DNA of 64,000 nucleotides from contig JBHOQO010000096.1 of NCBI GenBank assembly GCA_042408925.1, positions 2,728-66,727 on the forward strand, in the 5' to 3' direction. This DNA is from Chloroflexota bacterium. GTDB taxonomy: Bacteria > Chloroflexota > Limnocylindria > Limnocylindrales > CSP1-4. Positions within the stretch are counted from its first letter, which is position 1. Every line of letters begins with the position of its first letter. Position numbers and translations under genes: made by a program. The notes under the pieces are model-generated. The model did not search any database. It was given only the letters and a program-made list of their open reading frames with translations, and was not told where the DNA came from. Shown in pieces: positions 10,133 to 22,004 of the stretch.

Positions 10133-10544
10133 CGTCTGGCTGCCGCTCAGCGCACCGGACCACGTCCATCACGAGCGGGCTCGGTGGTACTGGGATCACG
10201 AGGCCGCCGAGGAGCTCGTCTTCTGCCGGGTCACTGCCCTCGCCCTGCTGCGGCTGCTGACGAACCCTCGGGTCCTGGGCGAGGCGACCCTCGACGGGGC
10301 GGCCGCCTGGAACGCCCTGGGGACCTGGCTCGCGACGCCCGGCGTCGCCTGGCGCGACGAGCCGCCCGGCCTCGACGAGTGGCTCGCCCGGTGGAGCCGC
10401 GATCTCGACCCGCACGGCGCTGCCTGGACCGATGCGTATCTTGCCGCCTTCTCGGCGGCGAGCGGCTGCCGGCTCGTCGCCTTCGACGACGACTTCCTCC
10501 GCTACCCGGGCCTCAGCTTCCTCCACCTCCGCCCGTCGAGCTGA
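10110..10544 (+). CDS. vapC: Type II toxin VapC (PIN domain ribonuclease)
   Basis: LLDASVWLPL...HHERA...TDAYLAAFSAASGCRLVAFDDDF shows PIN-domain acidic residues and the conserved C-terminal DxxF motif. Confidence 0.75.
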   Translation: MPDLLDASVWLPLSAPDHVHHERARWYWDHEAAEELVFCRVTALALLRLLTNPRVLGEATLDGAAAWNALGTWLATPGVAWRDEPPGLDEWLARWSRDLDPHGAAWTDAYLAAFSAASGCRLVAFDDDFLRYPGLSFLHLRPSS

Positions 10545-10607
10545 CAGGGCGCACGGCCGGCGCCCGGGTCGGTCGGCAACCAGGCAGCCGGGCCGGGCCG
10601 GCGGGAC

Positions 10608-11096
10608 TCAGCGCTCCGCCGAGCCCGCCGCCGCGAGGATCGCGGCGAGGTCGTCCTCGTGGTCGGCGTAGTGATCGAGCGTCTCCTCCAGGAACGCCGT
10701 GAGGTGGCGATGGTGCTTCACCCAGCGCGCCTCGGGCACGACCGTCAGGGTCCCCCGGAGCTCCCCGGGGACGGTTCGGAAGCGACGCCGGACCTCGTCG
10801 AGCGGCAGCGCGGCCCACTCGCGGAGGAGGCGCTCGTTCATCGCCTCACCGCCGGCCTCCCACTCGGCATCGACCCGGTCGAGGGTCGGCGACGTGTCGC
10901 CGACCGCGAGCTCCCGGGCCGCGGCGAGGGCAATTTCCTGCCAGGCGACGAGGTGGGCCATGAGGTCCCGCCCCGACCAGCCGTGGGCGGCCTCGACCGG
11001 GCGGCTCAAGGCGTCGTCCGAGAGGGCGTCGAGGGCCTCGAAGGGCCGCCAGGCTGCCCGTTCATCCTCGAGGAAAGAGAGGCCGTCGAGGTACAT
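10608..11096 (-). CDS. DinB/YfiT-like (mycothiol-dependent maleylpyruvate isomerase N-terminal domain-like) protein
   Basis: MYLDGLSFLEDERAAWRPFEAL...WSGRDLMAHLVAWQE...HYADHEDDL is a four-helix-bundle, DinB_2-like pattern. The start is set at the internal Met (MYLDG). Confidence 0.5.
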   Translation of the reverse strand: MYLDGLSFLEDERAAWRPFEALDALSDDALSRPVEAAHGWSGRDLMAHLVAWQEIALAAARELAVGDTSPTLDRVDAEWEAGGEAMNERLLREWAALPLDEVRRRFRTVPGELRGTLTVVPEARWVKHHRHLTAFLEETLDHYADHEDDLAAILAAAGSAER

Positions 11097-11270
11097 GGCG
11101 CCTCCTCGTTCGTCCGTTGTTGGCGACTTGGCCCGAGTCCCGCCGCGGCGGCGGGGTCGACTGACGCCCGCACTGCGCCTCCGGCCGGCTCCGGACACGG
11201 CGAACGATAGCGCCCGCGGCCCGGCCGGGTCGGAGCTGAGCCGCGCCGCGGCCCGCCCACTCGGGGCCCG

Positions 11271-13172
11271 TCAGGGGACCGTGTACTCGGCGACGGCGCT
11301 CTCGGCGACGAGGAACGCCCCGAGGGCGGTCGCCCGGATGACCTGGACCCGCAGCCAGTAGGTCGAACCGGGGTGGAGGTCGGCGAGGACCGTGCTCGAC
11401 GTCGACTTCGTTGCGACACCGACGACGCCGTCGTGGCCTCCGAAGTACGACGGCTCCGTCGACGACGCCGACCAGGCGATGACGTACTTCGTGAAGCAGG
11501 CCGAGGACCCCGGATACGACGTCCACGCGACCCGGGTTCCGGCATCGGCCGGTCCGACCTCGATGCTCCCGAGGTTTCGGACCGGAGCGGCCGTCGCAGA
11601 CCCGAGGTCGCTCGCCGCGATGACCCGATCGGCGGCGTCGAAGACGAGGGCTCGATAGTAGTAGGTCCGGCCGATCTCGCCGGTCGTGTCGGCGGCGCTC
11701 GTCTTCGTCTTGTCCGTCGTGTACGTGGCGTCGAGGTACTCGATCGGCGACGCCGGCGGGTAGCGGTCAGGCACCCCGAACGGGCTCGCGCTTCGGTACG
11801 TCGAGTAGTGGTTGAAGGCATCCCCGGTGTACTTCGACCAGGCGATGACGACTCCGCCCTCGCAGCCGGCGAGGCTGATCTCGATGCCGGGCGCCGGCGT
11901 CGCACTTGGTTTCGGCGTCGCGGTCGGCTTCGGGGTCGGCTTCGGGGTCGGCGCTTCGGTCGGCTTCGGGGTCGGCGCTTCGGTCGGCCCCGGCGTCGGG
12001 CTCGTCTCGTGGCTCGGTTCGGCGCTCGCCTCGAGGCTTGGTTCTGCCGTTGGCGAACTCGCCGGACTCTCCTCCGGCGTGATTGCTGGCGTTGGTGCGG
12101 GCGACGCGTGCGCCAGCTCGCCGAGCTTGGCGAGGATGCCGACGTCGAAGCCGAGGGCAACGTCGAGGCGGGCATTGGCGACGAGCCACGGGTCGACGAG
12201 CTCCGACGGTCCGGCCGACCGGACCGTCGCCGCCAGAGAACCGAGGGCGACGCTGGCAAGCCGCCCCTCGTCGACCCGGAGGACGAGCCCAAGGCCCTCG
12301 GCCTCCACGGCGTGCTCGACGGCGAGGAGACGAACGACCGGGTTGGCTCCGCCGTCGGCCCAGGTGAGGTCGAAGGCCGTCCCATCGGCGGTCCAGGTCA
12401 CGGACCCTGTCTGGACGGCATAGGCGATGGGCCCCGCGACGCGGTGGTAGACGCGACCCGCCACCTGCTCGACGGCGACCCGATCCGCCTCGAGCATGAG
12501 GATCCGGACCGAGGCCCCGCCGGCGAGGCGAGCGATGACCGGACCCAGCTCGAGGGTGGCGTGTCCGGAGGCGGCGACGGAGACCGTGTCCCCGACCCGC
12601 AGACCATCTCCCGGCAGGAGGGGGCGAGCGACCCCGTCGCGGACGAGGTCCGCCTCCGCCACGTCGGCCGCCCGAGCATCGTCCCCGGGCAATACCGGTC
12701 GAATCGCCGCCGCGAGGCCGACGAGGAGGGCCGCGGCCGCGGCCAACGGTAGCCAGCGCCTCCGGCCAGCTCCGAAGCGAGGCCGAACGACACCGCGCAC
12801 CATGGCAACGGGCCGGGTCTCGTCGGGCGGCCGCGCGGGCCGCCCTCCCGCCGTCGGTTCGGCGCCACGTCCCCACGGGAGCTCCCCGTCGGGGGACGAC
12901 CGGCTCGAGCCGTAGCCAGCGAGGAGGCGTTCTCGGAGGATGGCGGCGAAGGCCGTCGCGGCCGCCGTCTCCCCGGCCTCCGATCGCGCCCGGGCGCCGG
13001 CTCGGCTCAGGGCGTCGACGATGGCCCGGAACTCCCCGATGCCCAGGTCGTTCCCAGCGAGGCCCGCATCGTCGGCGCCAAACTGATACGTCGCCGGCGA
13101 GCCAGGCCGAGAACCCCCGGCGGTTCGTTCCTTCCGCGTCCGCTCGGAGCGGCTTCGGTCCTCACGCAGCAT
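11271..13172 (-). CDS. Anti-sigma factor (FecR-like) with one TM, a Pro/Thr-rich linker and two FN3-like C-terminal repeats
   Basis: Immediately downstream of, and overlapping, the ECF sigma gene. It has a TM helix (WLPLAAAAALLVGLAAAI), a FecR-like middle region, a PT-rich linker (TPGPTEAPTPKPTEAPTPKPTPKP) and repeated W..Y.G...F..Y modules. Confidence 0.6.
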   Translation of the reverse strand: MLREDRSRSERTRKERTAGGSRPGSPATYQFGADDAGLAGNDLGIGEFRAIVDALSRAGARARSEAGETAAATAFAAILRERLLAGYGSSRSSPDGELPWGRGAEPTAGGRPARPPDETRPVAMVRGVVRPRFGAGRRRWLPLAAAAALLVGLAAAIRPVLPGDDARAADVAEADLVRDGVARPLLPGDGLRVGDTVSVAASGHATLELGPVIARLAGGASVRILMLEADRVAVEQVAGRVYHRVAGPIAYAVQTGSVTWTADGTAFDLTWADGGANPVVRLLAVEHAVEAEGLGLVLRVDEGRLASVALGSLAATVRSAGPSELVDPWLVANARLDVALGFDVGILAKLGELAHASPAPTPAITPEESPASSPTAEPSLEASAEPSHETSPTPGPTEAPTPKPTEAPTPKPTPKPTATPKPSATPAPGIEISLAGCEGGVVIAWSKYTGDAFNHYSTYRSASPFGVPDRYPPASPIEYLDATYTTDKTKTSAADTTGEIGRTYYYRALVFDAADRVIAASDLGSATAAPVRNLGSIEVGPADAGTRVAWTSYPGSSACFTKYVIAWSASSTEPSYFGGHDGVVGVATKSTSSTVLADLHPGSTYWLRVQVIRATALGAFLVAESAVAEYTVP

Positions 13173-13809
13173 CGGTCGACTCTCCGTTGAGGGCGGCTCG
13201 GAGGGCCCGCAGGGCGCGATGGAGGCGGACGGCGAAGGCGCCACGGGTGCAGCCGAGGACCGCGCAGAGCTCGTCGGTCGTCAATTCGTCGAGAAAGCGC
13301 AAGACAAGAAGGCGGCGCTGGGCTTCGGGCAGGCCGAGGAGCGCCCGGCGGAGCTCCAGCCGATCGAGGGCGGCGGCAAGGGCGGCGAGGGCGCGATCGT
13401 CACCGAGATCGCCACCATTCCGCTCAGGGAGCGCCGTCTCGCCGGCCGACGGCGTGCCCAGGATCGGGACGAAACGGCGCTGCCGGCGGACGTGATCGAC
13501 GACGGCGTTCGCCGCGACGCGGTAGAGCCACCCGCCAAACGAGTCGTTTCGGAAGGTGCCGCTGCGGAGCGCCGCAAGGGCTCGCTCGAAGGTCGCCGCG
13601 GTGAGATCCTCGGCCAGGGCTCGGTCGCCCAGTCGGCGGAGGACGAAGCCGTACACCCGCGGCAGATAGAAGTCGTAGAGCTCGCCGAACGCCACCGGAT
13701 CGACCGCCGCCCTCGTCACGAGGATCCGCTCGCGGTCGAGGTCCATCCGGCTCGAGGACCGGCCGGAGTGCCGGCCGGCGAGCTGCGGATCGAGCGCGTC
13801 GTCCGTCAT
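13162..13809 (-). CDS. ECF (sigma-70 family group 4) RNA polymerase sigma factor
   Basis: Region 2 (YDFYLPRVYGFVLRRLGDRALAEDLTAATFERA) and region 4 (LPEAQRRLLVLRFLDELTTDELCAVLGCTRGAFAVRLHRA). Start at the internal Met (MTDDALDP). Confidence 0.85.
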   Translation of the reverse strand: MTDDALDPQLAGRHSGRSSSRMDLDRERILVTRAAVDPVAFGELYDFYLPRVYGFVLRRLGDRALAEDLTAATFERALAALRSGTFRNDSFGGWLYRVAANAVVDHVRRQRRFVPILGTPSAGETALPERNGGDLGDDRALAALAAALDRLELRRALLGLPEAQRRLLVLRFLDELTTDELCAVLGCTRGAFAVRLHRALRALRAALNGESTDAA

Positions 13810-14230
13810 CGGCCCGGCGACCCTACCGCCGAGTCGAGCGGTCGGCGATGGCTCGATGGTCCCGCCCGGTCCCGCCCCCCGATCGTCGGTCCGACTGGTG
13901 ACCGGGCTCGCTGCCCGGCCCAACGGTGTCGTCGAACGAGCGCCGAGGTCGCTCCTGGGACCGCCGAACTCCTCGATCCGGGCGGTCGTCCACATCGGTC
14001 ATTCGTCCCTCCCGTGCGATGGCACAGCCGGCGACGACCGCCGGGCTGAGCGACGGGTTGTCGCTGTGAACAGAACGACCCGGCGGGCGCCCGATTACGC
14101 CGCCGCCGCTAGTCCGATGGTCACCCCTACCGGTAGCCAGGCGCTCAGCCCTCGGCCGGCGGACGGATCACGATGTTGGGCGCCGGATCATCCTCGGCGA
14201 GATCGACGATGGCGAGGGACCGAACTCTCC

Positions 14231-15994
<1,764 letters not shown>

Positions 15995-16053
15995 GGCGGG
16001 ATGCTAGCACCGCGTCGGTCGGCCGTCTCCGGCGAGGGCGGCGCGATCGACCC

Positions 16054-16724
16054 CTACCCGTCGGCGGCGACCGAGGCGGCCACCGCCCGTTCCACGATCG
16101 CCGCGTGGGCTTCGGGGGTCCGGACGTCGCGGGCGGCGCTTCCGACGAGGACGACCCGAAGGGTGTCGGGGCGGGCAGCCCGATGGACGACGATCGTCTG
16201 GAGCTGCCCGCCGTTCTCGAGATCGATCCGGAACGCCGCCGCCCCCCTGATCGTCGGGCGGGTAACGACGACGTTCGAGGTCTTGCGGGCCGAACGGGCC
16301 CCGGCCTCGTACCAGGCGCCGAGCGCCTCGACGGTGAGACGGGGAGCCGAGAAGACGGCGAGGGTCACCCCCGATTCGGCCCCGGTGGGCCAGAGCCCCC
16401 CGGCGAACCGGACCTCGGTGATCCCGGCGTCGGCCAGGCCGCCGAGGTTCTCGCGGCTGCAGTTGCGGCCCGAGTCGAGCCGCTCCGGCGGGCGACCGTC
16501 GAACCGGGCAGGGACGAGCGCCTCGAGCTCCGGGTAGGCGCCGGGTGCCCGGCCGTCGACGCGACAGGGGCCGGCCGGATCGAAGCTCGGCCCGCCGCCG
16601 AGGCCACAACCGGCGGTCACGAGGAGGACCGCCCCGAGGTAGGCGGCGAGGGTTCGGGCGCGGCGTCCGGCGGAGCCTGGGCCTCGACGGTGCGATGGGA
16701 GGACGAGAGGATACGGGGTCACGA
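16054..16724 (-). CDS. Hypothetical lipoprotein
   Basis: A signal peptide with a lipobox (LGAVLLVTAGCGLGG) and no known domain. Start tentatively at the GTG ending at 16724. Confidence 0.45.
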
Positions 16725-17150
16725 TCGGCGGCGAGGGTACCTGGTCGAGCCGCGGCACGTCTCGTAGCTCGCGGTGGCTGTGCGTCGGAGCACCTGGTAC
16801 CCGGGTCCCGGAACGGTGCTCCCGCGCGCCCGCCGATCTTCGGAGGCCCGGACCCGACCGACGGCCCATACCCGATCCGGCAGCGCCCTGGTAGCGTCGG
16901 GGTTGCGCCGTCGACGGACTCGGGGACACCCTGGGGCGTCGGCTACGGGGCGGCGGACGGACGACCCGCCGGCGGTACCGGGGCCGCCGGCCGGGAGGAT
17001 CCCGATCCCCGCCCACGAACCGAGTAACGACGGATCATTCGGCCAGCAGGCCCGAGCCGCGAGGGCGCCGCCATCATCGTTCGTCTCGATCGATCCGAAT
17101 CGTCGCCGGCGGGATGCCGCCGGCGACGTCGCTTCCGGAAGCGAATCGCG

Positions 17151-17870
17151 CTAGGACGCCCCGACCTGAGGCGGCGGCATCGAGACCCGCCGCCGGCGCG
17201 GAACCCCACGGCGGTCGAGGTCGGCGGCGACGACCCGCGCCGCGGCGACGAGGTCGGGGTCGTGGCCGATGGTCCGGGCGATCCAGTCGACGTACGACGG
17301 TTCGCGCCCGGCGATCTCCCCGAGGGTGCAACCGCGGTACTTGCCGAAGTCGACCGGGTACGCGAGGGCCTCGGCGAGGGATGGGCGGCGGGGCCGATGG
17401 TCGGCGAGCGCCGCCCGCTCGAGGGGACCGGTGGGCGGCGACGCTCGGAGCGCTTCGGGCCCGCCGCGGACCGTGATCGGCGGGACCCAGGCCGGTCGGG
17501 CAGCGGGGCGTGGCCCGCCGGGCGGGATCGTCGTGTTCCGGGGCCGGAAGGTGCGGCTCGTGTCGAGGCGCCCGGTCACCGGCCGGCTCGGGGGCGGCGG
17601 CGGCGGCCCGGCCTGGCGTCGCTTCGGGGCCCCGGCCTTTGGAACCCCCGCCGCGCGACCGTCGCCCTTCGCCGCCCCGTCGGCCCGGAGCCGCTCGTAC
17701 GCGGCGTTGATCTCGGCCATCCGACGGGTCGCCCGACGCGCGGCGACCGGATCGTCGCCGGTGAGGTCGGGGTGGTGCTCCCGGGCGAGGCGCCGCCAGG
17801 CGGCCTTGATCGCCGCCTGGCTGGCACCGGGCTCGACGCCGAGGACCTCGTGGGGATCGCGCTGGCTCAC
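17151..17870 (-). CDS. J-domain (DnaJ-like) protein
   Basis: N-terminal DPHEVLGVEPGASQAAIKAAWRRLAREHHPDL is a J domain with an HPD motif. The rest is a Pro-rich linker plus a conserved C-terminal domain. Confidence 0.7.
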   Translation of the reverse strand: MSQRDPHEVLGVEPGASQAAIKAAWRRLAREHHPDLTGDDPVAARRATRRMAEINAAYERLRADGAAKGDGRAAGVPKAGAPKRRQAGPPPPPPSRPVTGRLDTSRTFRPRNTTIPPGGPRPAARPAWVPPITVRGGPEALRASPPTGPLERAALADHRPRRPSLAEALAYPVDFGKYRGCTLGEIAGREPSYVDWIARTIGHDPDLVAAARVVAADLDRRGVPRRRRVSMPPPQVGAS

Positions 17871-17996
17871 CCTCCGAGTCTAGCGCGCCAGCCTCGCTGC
17901 TCGGTTCGGCTCGGCTACCCTGACGGGGTCACACCATCGCCGCGGCCGCCCGCCCGCCGCACCGCTGCAGACCCGCATCCTCGGAGCAACGCCGCC

Positions 17997-18518
17997 ATGG
18001 ACGTCTGGACCGCGATCCGAACGAAGCGCGCCGTCCGCCGCTTCGCCGACCGCCCCTTGGACCCCGATCACCTCCGCCGGATCCTCGACGCGGGACGGCG
18101 GGCCCACAGCTCGAAGAACCTCCAGCGCTGGGACTTTATCGTCGTCCGCGACCGGGATCGGCTCCGCGAGCTCGCCGAGGTGGGGCCGTACGCCGGCCAC
18201 GTCGGCGGCGCGGCGGCCGCAGTCGCCCTCGTCACCCCCGATCCCCGGGCCGCCGGCGCACCGCTCTCGATCATGTGGGACCTCGGCGGTGCGGCGGCCC
18301 AGATGATGCTCGCCGCCTGGGAGCTCGGGGTCGGCAGCTGCCCGGCGACCGTCTACGACCACGACCGAGCCCGGGCGGTCCTCGGCTACCCGGCGGACCG
18401 TCACTGCGAGTACGTCCTGAGTTTCGGCTACCCGGCCGATCCTGACGTCCTCACCGCCCCGCCCCGCCCCGGAGGCCGGAGACCGCTCCCCGAGGTCGTC
18501 CACGAGGAGCGCTGGTGA
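17997..18518 (+). CDS. Nitroreductase family protein
   Basis: MDVWTAIRTKRAVRRFADRPLDPDHLRRILDAGRRAHSSKNLQRWDFIVV is a nitroreductase FMN-binding N-terminus. The upstream part of ORF 17262.. is antisense to the J-domain gene. Confidence 0.8.
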   Translation: MDVWTAIRTKRAVRRFADRPLDPDHLRRILDAGRRAHSSKNLQRWDFIVVRDRDRLRELAEVGPYAGHVGGAAAAVALVTPDPRAAGAPLSIMWDLGGAAAQMMLAAWELGVGSCPATVYDHDRARAVLGYPADRHCEYVLSFGYPADPDVLTAPPRPGGRRPLPEVVHEERW

Positions 18519-18558
18519 GCGACGGCGTCTGAGAGAGGGCGCCCCGCCGCCCGCCCGC

Positions 18559-19647
18559 CTACTGCCAGCGGAAGAAGCGGGCGGCGACGAGGAAGCAGCC
18601 GACGAGCCAGCCGCCGAGGACGAGGGCGCAGACCCAGAGCGGACTGAACGCCGTCCCGTCGACCATCGTCTGCCGGAGGGCATCGGCCAGGTACGTGAGC
18701 GGCATGAGCCGGGCCACGGCCTGGAGCCCCTCCGGCATCTGGTCGATGGCGAAGAAGATCCCCGAGAGGAACATGAGCGGGAACTGGACGATGCTCGTCA
18801 TCCCGTTCGCCGCGTCCTCGGTCGGGGCGAAGCTGGCGATGACGTAGCCGAGGGCGAGAAAGGCGAGGGCCCCGAGGAGGACGAAGCCGCCGACGGCGAG
18901 CCAGTTCCCGGTCGTCCGAACCCCGAAGAGGGCGACTCCGACCCCGACGATGACGATCGTCTGGACGACGGCGACGACGAGCCGCATCACGACGTTGCTC
19001 GCCACGAGCTGCCAGCGGGCGAGCGGGGTCGCCGCGAGGCGCTTGAGGATGAGCTTCTCCCGGTCGGCGACGAGGGGGATCGCGGCGAAGATGCCGAGCT
19101 GCATGATCGACATTCCGAGGACGCTCGGGACGAAGTAGCTGATCGCGTTGAGGGCCTGGGTCTGGATCGTCCGGGTTTCGGGCACGACGAGGGGCGGTCG
19201 ATCGCCGAGGTTGAGCGTCCCGACGACGGCTCCAAGGGCTTGGAAGACGCCGCCCTGGGTCTGGGCCTGACTCGGGTCGGTGTAGACGAGAAGGTTCGCC
19301 GGCGGACCGCCGCCGGCCTTCGCCGCCGCGTACGCCGTCCCGAAGCCCTCGGGCACGATGACGACGGCTCGGACCGAGCCGCTCCGCATCCGCTCGAGCG
19401 CCGTCGGGCGGTCGAGGTCGACGAGCGCCACCGTCGGGTCGGCAGCGAAGGCCGACCGGACGGCGGCGGCGGTCGGGCTTCCGTCCTCGTCGACCCAGGC
19501 GATCGAGGTCTGGAAGCGACCGCTCGTGAAGATGAGGCCGAAGAGGACGATGAAGACAAGTGGAAAGGCCACGGTCCAAAAGAGAGCCGCCCGGTCGCGG
19601 ACGTAGCTCTTCAGGTTCGCGACGGTCAGCTCGACGAGCGCCCGCAT
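18559..19647 (-). CDS. ABC-2 family transporter permease
   Basis: A six-TM ABC-2 permease topology with a large first extracytoplasmic loop. Stop-start coupled to the upstream ATPase. Confidence 0.8.
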   Translation of the reverse strand: MRALVELTVANLKSYVRDRAALFWTVAFPLVFIVLFGLIFTSGRFQTSIAWVDEDGSPTAAAVRSAFAADPTVALVDLDRPTALERMRSGSVRAVVIVPEGFGTAYAAAKAGGGPPANLLVYTDPSQAQTQGGVFQALGAVVGTLNLGDRPPLVVPETRTIQTQALNAISYFVPSVLGMSIMQLGIFAAIPLVADREKLILKRLAATPLARWQLVASNVVMRLVVAVVQTIVIVGVGVALFGVRTTGNWLAVGGFVLLGALAFLALGYVIASFAPTEDAANGMTSIVQFPLMFLSGIFFAIDQMPEGLQAVARLMPLTYLADALRQTMVDGTAFSPLWVCALVLGGWLVGCFLVAARFFRWQ

Positions 19648-19697
19648 CGGTTCCTCCGTGTCCGGGTTGGGCTCTGCCCGCCTGCCGCCCGCGACGC

Positions 19698-20657
19698 TCA
19701 GTCGCGGAGGGCCCGGCCGGTCAGGGCCAAAAAGACATCCTCGAGGGTCGCCCGCCGGATCCCGAGGTTCCGGATCTCGATCCCGCGCTCCTCGGCCCGG
19801 GCGAGAAGTCCGCCGACCGTGGCCGGGACGTCGCGGCTGTAGAGGACAACCTCTCCGTCGTCGCGGCCGGTCCGAGCGACGCCCGGGATGGCCGCCAAGG
19901 TCGCTTCGTCGAGCCCGTCCGCGGCATCGAAGTGGACGACCCGCTCCCGGAAGCGGCGCCCCACGAGCTCCTTGACCGTGCCGATCTCGAGGATCCGACC
20001 GTGGTCCATGATCGCGACCCGATCACAGAGGACCTCGGCCTCCTCCATGTAGTGGGTCGTCAGCAAGACCGTCCGGCCGCGGGCCCGCAGCTCGCCGATG
20101 ATCGTCCAGAGGACCCGCCGCGCCGCCGGGTCGAGACCCGTCGTCGGCTCGTCGAGGAAGACGAGCTCGGGGTCGTTGACAAGGGCAAGGGCGACGGCGA
20201 GCCGCTGGCGTTGGCCGCCCGAGAGCTCCTGGGTCAGGGCCCGGCGGCGTTCGGCGAGGCCGAGGGTCTCGATGAGGTCGTCGATCGCGACGTGCTGCGG
20301 AAAGAAGCTGGCGAAGAGCCGGAGGAGCTCCTCGACGGTCAGCTTCGGGTAGAGCGCTGCCGTCTGGAGGGCGACACCGATCCGGGGCTTGATCGCCCCG
20401 GGCCTCCGGGTGACGTCGACTCCGAGGACCCGGAGCGAGCCCTCGTCGGGGCGTCGCAGCCCCTCGAGCATCTCGACGGTCGTCGTCTTGCCTGCTCCGT
20501 TCGGCCCGAGGAGCCCGAAGATCTCGCCGCGGCCGACCTCGAAGCTCACCCCGTCGACGGCGACGACGGAGCCGTAGCGCTTCCGAACCCCGCGGACCTC
20601 GACGACCGCTTCGTCCGCCGCGCCCCCGCGGGTCGCGGTCTCCCCCGGAACCGTCAT
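19698..20657 (-). CDS. ABC transporter ATP-binding protein
   Basis: Walker A (GLLGPNGAGKTT), signature (LSGGQRQRLAVALAL) and Walker B (LVFLDEPTTGLD). Confidence 0.9.
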   Translation of the reverse strand: MTVPGETATRGGAADEAVVEVRGVRKRYGSVVAVDGVSFEVGRGEIFGLLGPNGAGKTTTVEMLEGLRRPDEGSLRVLGVDVTRRPGAIKPRIGVALQTAALYPKLTVEELLRLFASFFPQHVAIDDLIETLGLAERRRALTQELSGGQRQRLAVALALVNDPELVFLDEPTTGLDPAARRVLWTIIGELRARGRTVLLTTHYMEEAEVLCDRVAIMDHGRILEIGTVKELVGRRFRERVVHFDAADGLDEATLAAIPGVARTGRDDGEVVLYSRDVPATVGGLLARAEERGIEIRNLGIRRATLEDVFLALTGRALRD

Positions 20658-20667
20658 GCCCCGAATT

Positions 20668-21927
20668 CTAGGTTCCGCAGGCCGCGCCTGCGCCGCTGGC
20701 GCCGCCGGCCTCGACGGCCGGCTCGTCGAAGGCGCCCGACCAGTCGATGTCGAGGTCGACGAGCGGCCCTTCTCGCGATTCGGGTGCCGGCGCCCCCATC
20801 GCCAGGTACGCCTCGATCGACGCGGCGAGCCCGACGTCGTGCCCGGCGGCCTCCGACAGGAGCCACTTCGTTTCGAGGACGTCGCAGTAGGCCTGGATCG
20901 GGTCGCGGTTCGGGCCGATCGCCGGCTCGAGCCGGGCGAGGGTCGGCTCGAGGACCTCCCGGAGCCAGCGCTCGGCGCCCTCGGCCTCGGTCAACCGGCG
21001 GCCCTCGGCGTGCTCGAGCCAGGTCCGGTACTCGCGGAGATCGTTCAGGAGGATTCGAGCCTGCCCCTCGAGGGCCCGCAGTCCGGTCAGGCGCTCGAGC
21101 TCCCGGGCGTGGAAGCGTCGCGTCGCCACGGCGACCCGGAGGCGGAGCCGATCCCCGCCCTCCGCCGGCTCGAGGGCGACCTCCTCGACGGCGAAGCCGA
21201 GCTCGTTGAGGCGGCGAATCCGCGACGCCACGGCGTGCCGATCGCCGGGCACGAGGTCGGCGACCGCGTGGATCTCGTCCCACAGCAGCCGGTAACGGTC
21301 GCGGACCGCCTCCGCGGCGGCGATCGCCTCGTCCATGAGGTCGGGCCGACCCTGGAGCGCCGCGAGGTCGGCGAGGCCGAAGGCGACGTTCTCGACGAGG
21401 ACCTCGAGGTCCGCCTCCCGCTGGCCGTCGGAGAGGCTCGGGTGGACCTCGCTCGTCTCGGCGTCGACGAGGTAGGCCTGGATCTTGTCGCCGTCGCGAC
21501 GAAAGAGCGTGTTGCTCAGCGAGCAGTCGCCCCACCAGACCCCGCCCCGGTGGAGGTCGACGAGGAGGCCGGCCATGGCGTCGAGGAGGCGGTCGCGGTA
21601 CGGGTTCGGGCCGGGCGGGAAGCGAGCGAGGAGGCGTCGGTACTGGAGGGAGTGGGCGAGGTAGCGGGTGACGAGGACGGCCGTCTCACGCTCCGGCGCC
21701 TCGGCGAGACCGACCGGCTCGACCGCCGGCAGCTCGAGCTCTTCCAGGTGACGGAGGACCTCGAATTCCCGGCGGGCGACCCCGAGGGGCTCTTCCTTGA
21801 GGGCGAGAAGGGCGCCGTCGACGACGAGGAAGCGGACGAGGTGGCGCGACGGGCCGACCGGGAGAACGCGGAAGGCGAGCCGATCGCTCGGCCAGTCGCC
21901 GAGCGGCCGTTCCCACGGTAGTTCCAG
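20668..21927 (-). CDS. Protein-kinase-like fold (Kdo/LPS-kinase-like) plus DUF4032 domain protein; start codon unresolved
   Basis: ORF track 20668..21576 reads MAGLLVDLHRGGVWWGDCSLSNTLFRRDGDKIQAYLVDAETS, a catalytic-loop-like segment. Clear in-frame protein continues upstream to a stop at 22117 (..DRLAFRVLPVGPSRHLVRFLVVDGALLALKEEPLGVARREFEVLRHLEE..) with no ATG, GTG or TTG. The N-terminus was placed approximately. Confidence 0.6.
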   Translation of the reverse strand: MELPWERPLGDWPSDRLAFRVLPVGPSRHLVRFLVVDGALLALKEEPLGVARREFEVLRHLEELELPAVEPVGLAEAPERETAVLVTRYLAHSLQYRRLLARFPPGPNPYRDRLLDAMAGLLVDLHRGGVWWGDCSLSNTLFRRDGDKIQAYLVDAETSEVHPSLSDGQREADLEVLVENVAFGLADLAALQGRPDLMDEAIAAAEAVRDRYRLLWDEIHAVADLVPGDRHAVASRIRRLNELGFAVEEVALEPAEGGDRLRLRVAVATRRFHARELERLTGLRALEGQARILLNDLREYRTWLEHAEGRRLTEAEGAERWLREVLEPTLARLEPAIGPNRDPIQAYCDVLETKWLLSEAAGHDVGLAASIEAYLAMGAPAPESREGPLVDLDIDWSGAFDEPAVEAGGASGAGAACGT

Positions 21928-22004
21928 GAGGGCGGGCGTCGGTGCGCGGAGCCGGAGGCGCGGGAAGCTCGACGGGGCGGCGGAGCCGCCCGGTCCGGTC
22001 GTCG

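Noticed and set aside
16725-17150. 425-bp gap with ORFs 16774..17154(+) and 16943..17209(-)
   Set aside because: The ORFs are Arg/Pro-rich and overlap each other. No RNA-gene features recognised. Kept as intergenic.
19560-21921. ORFs 19560..21209(+) and 20656..21921(+)
   Set aside because: Antisense to the ABC ATPase and the kinase-like/DUF4032 gene.
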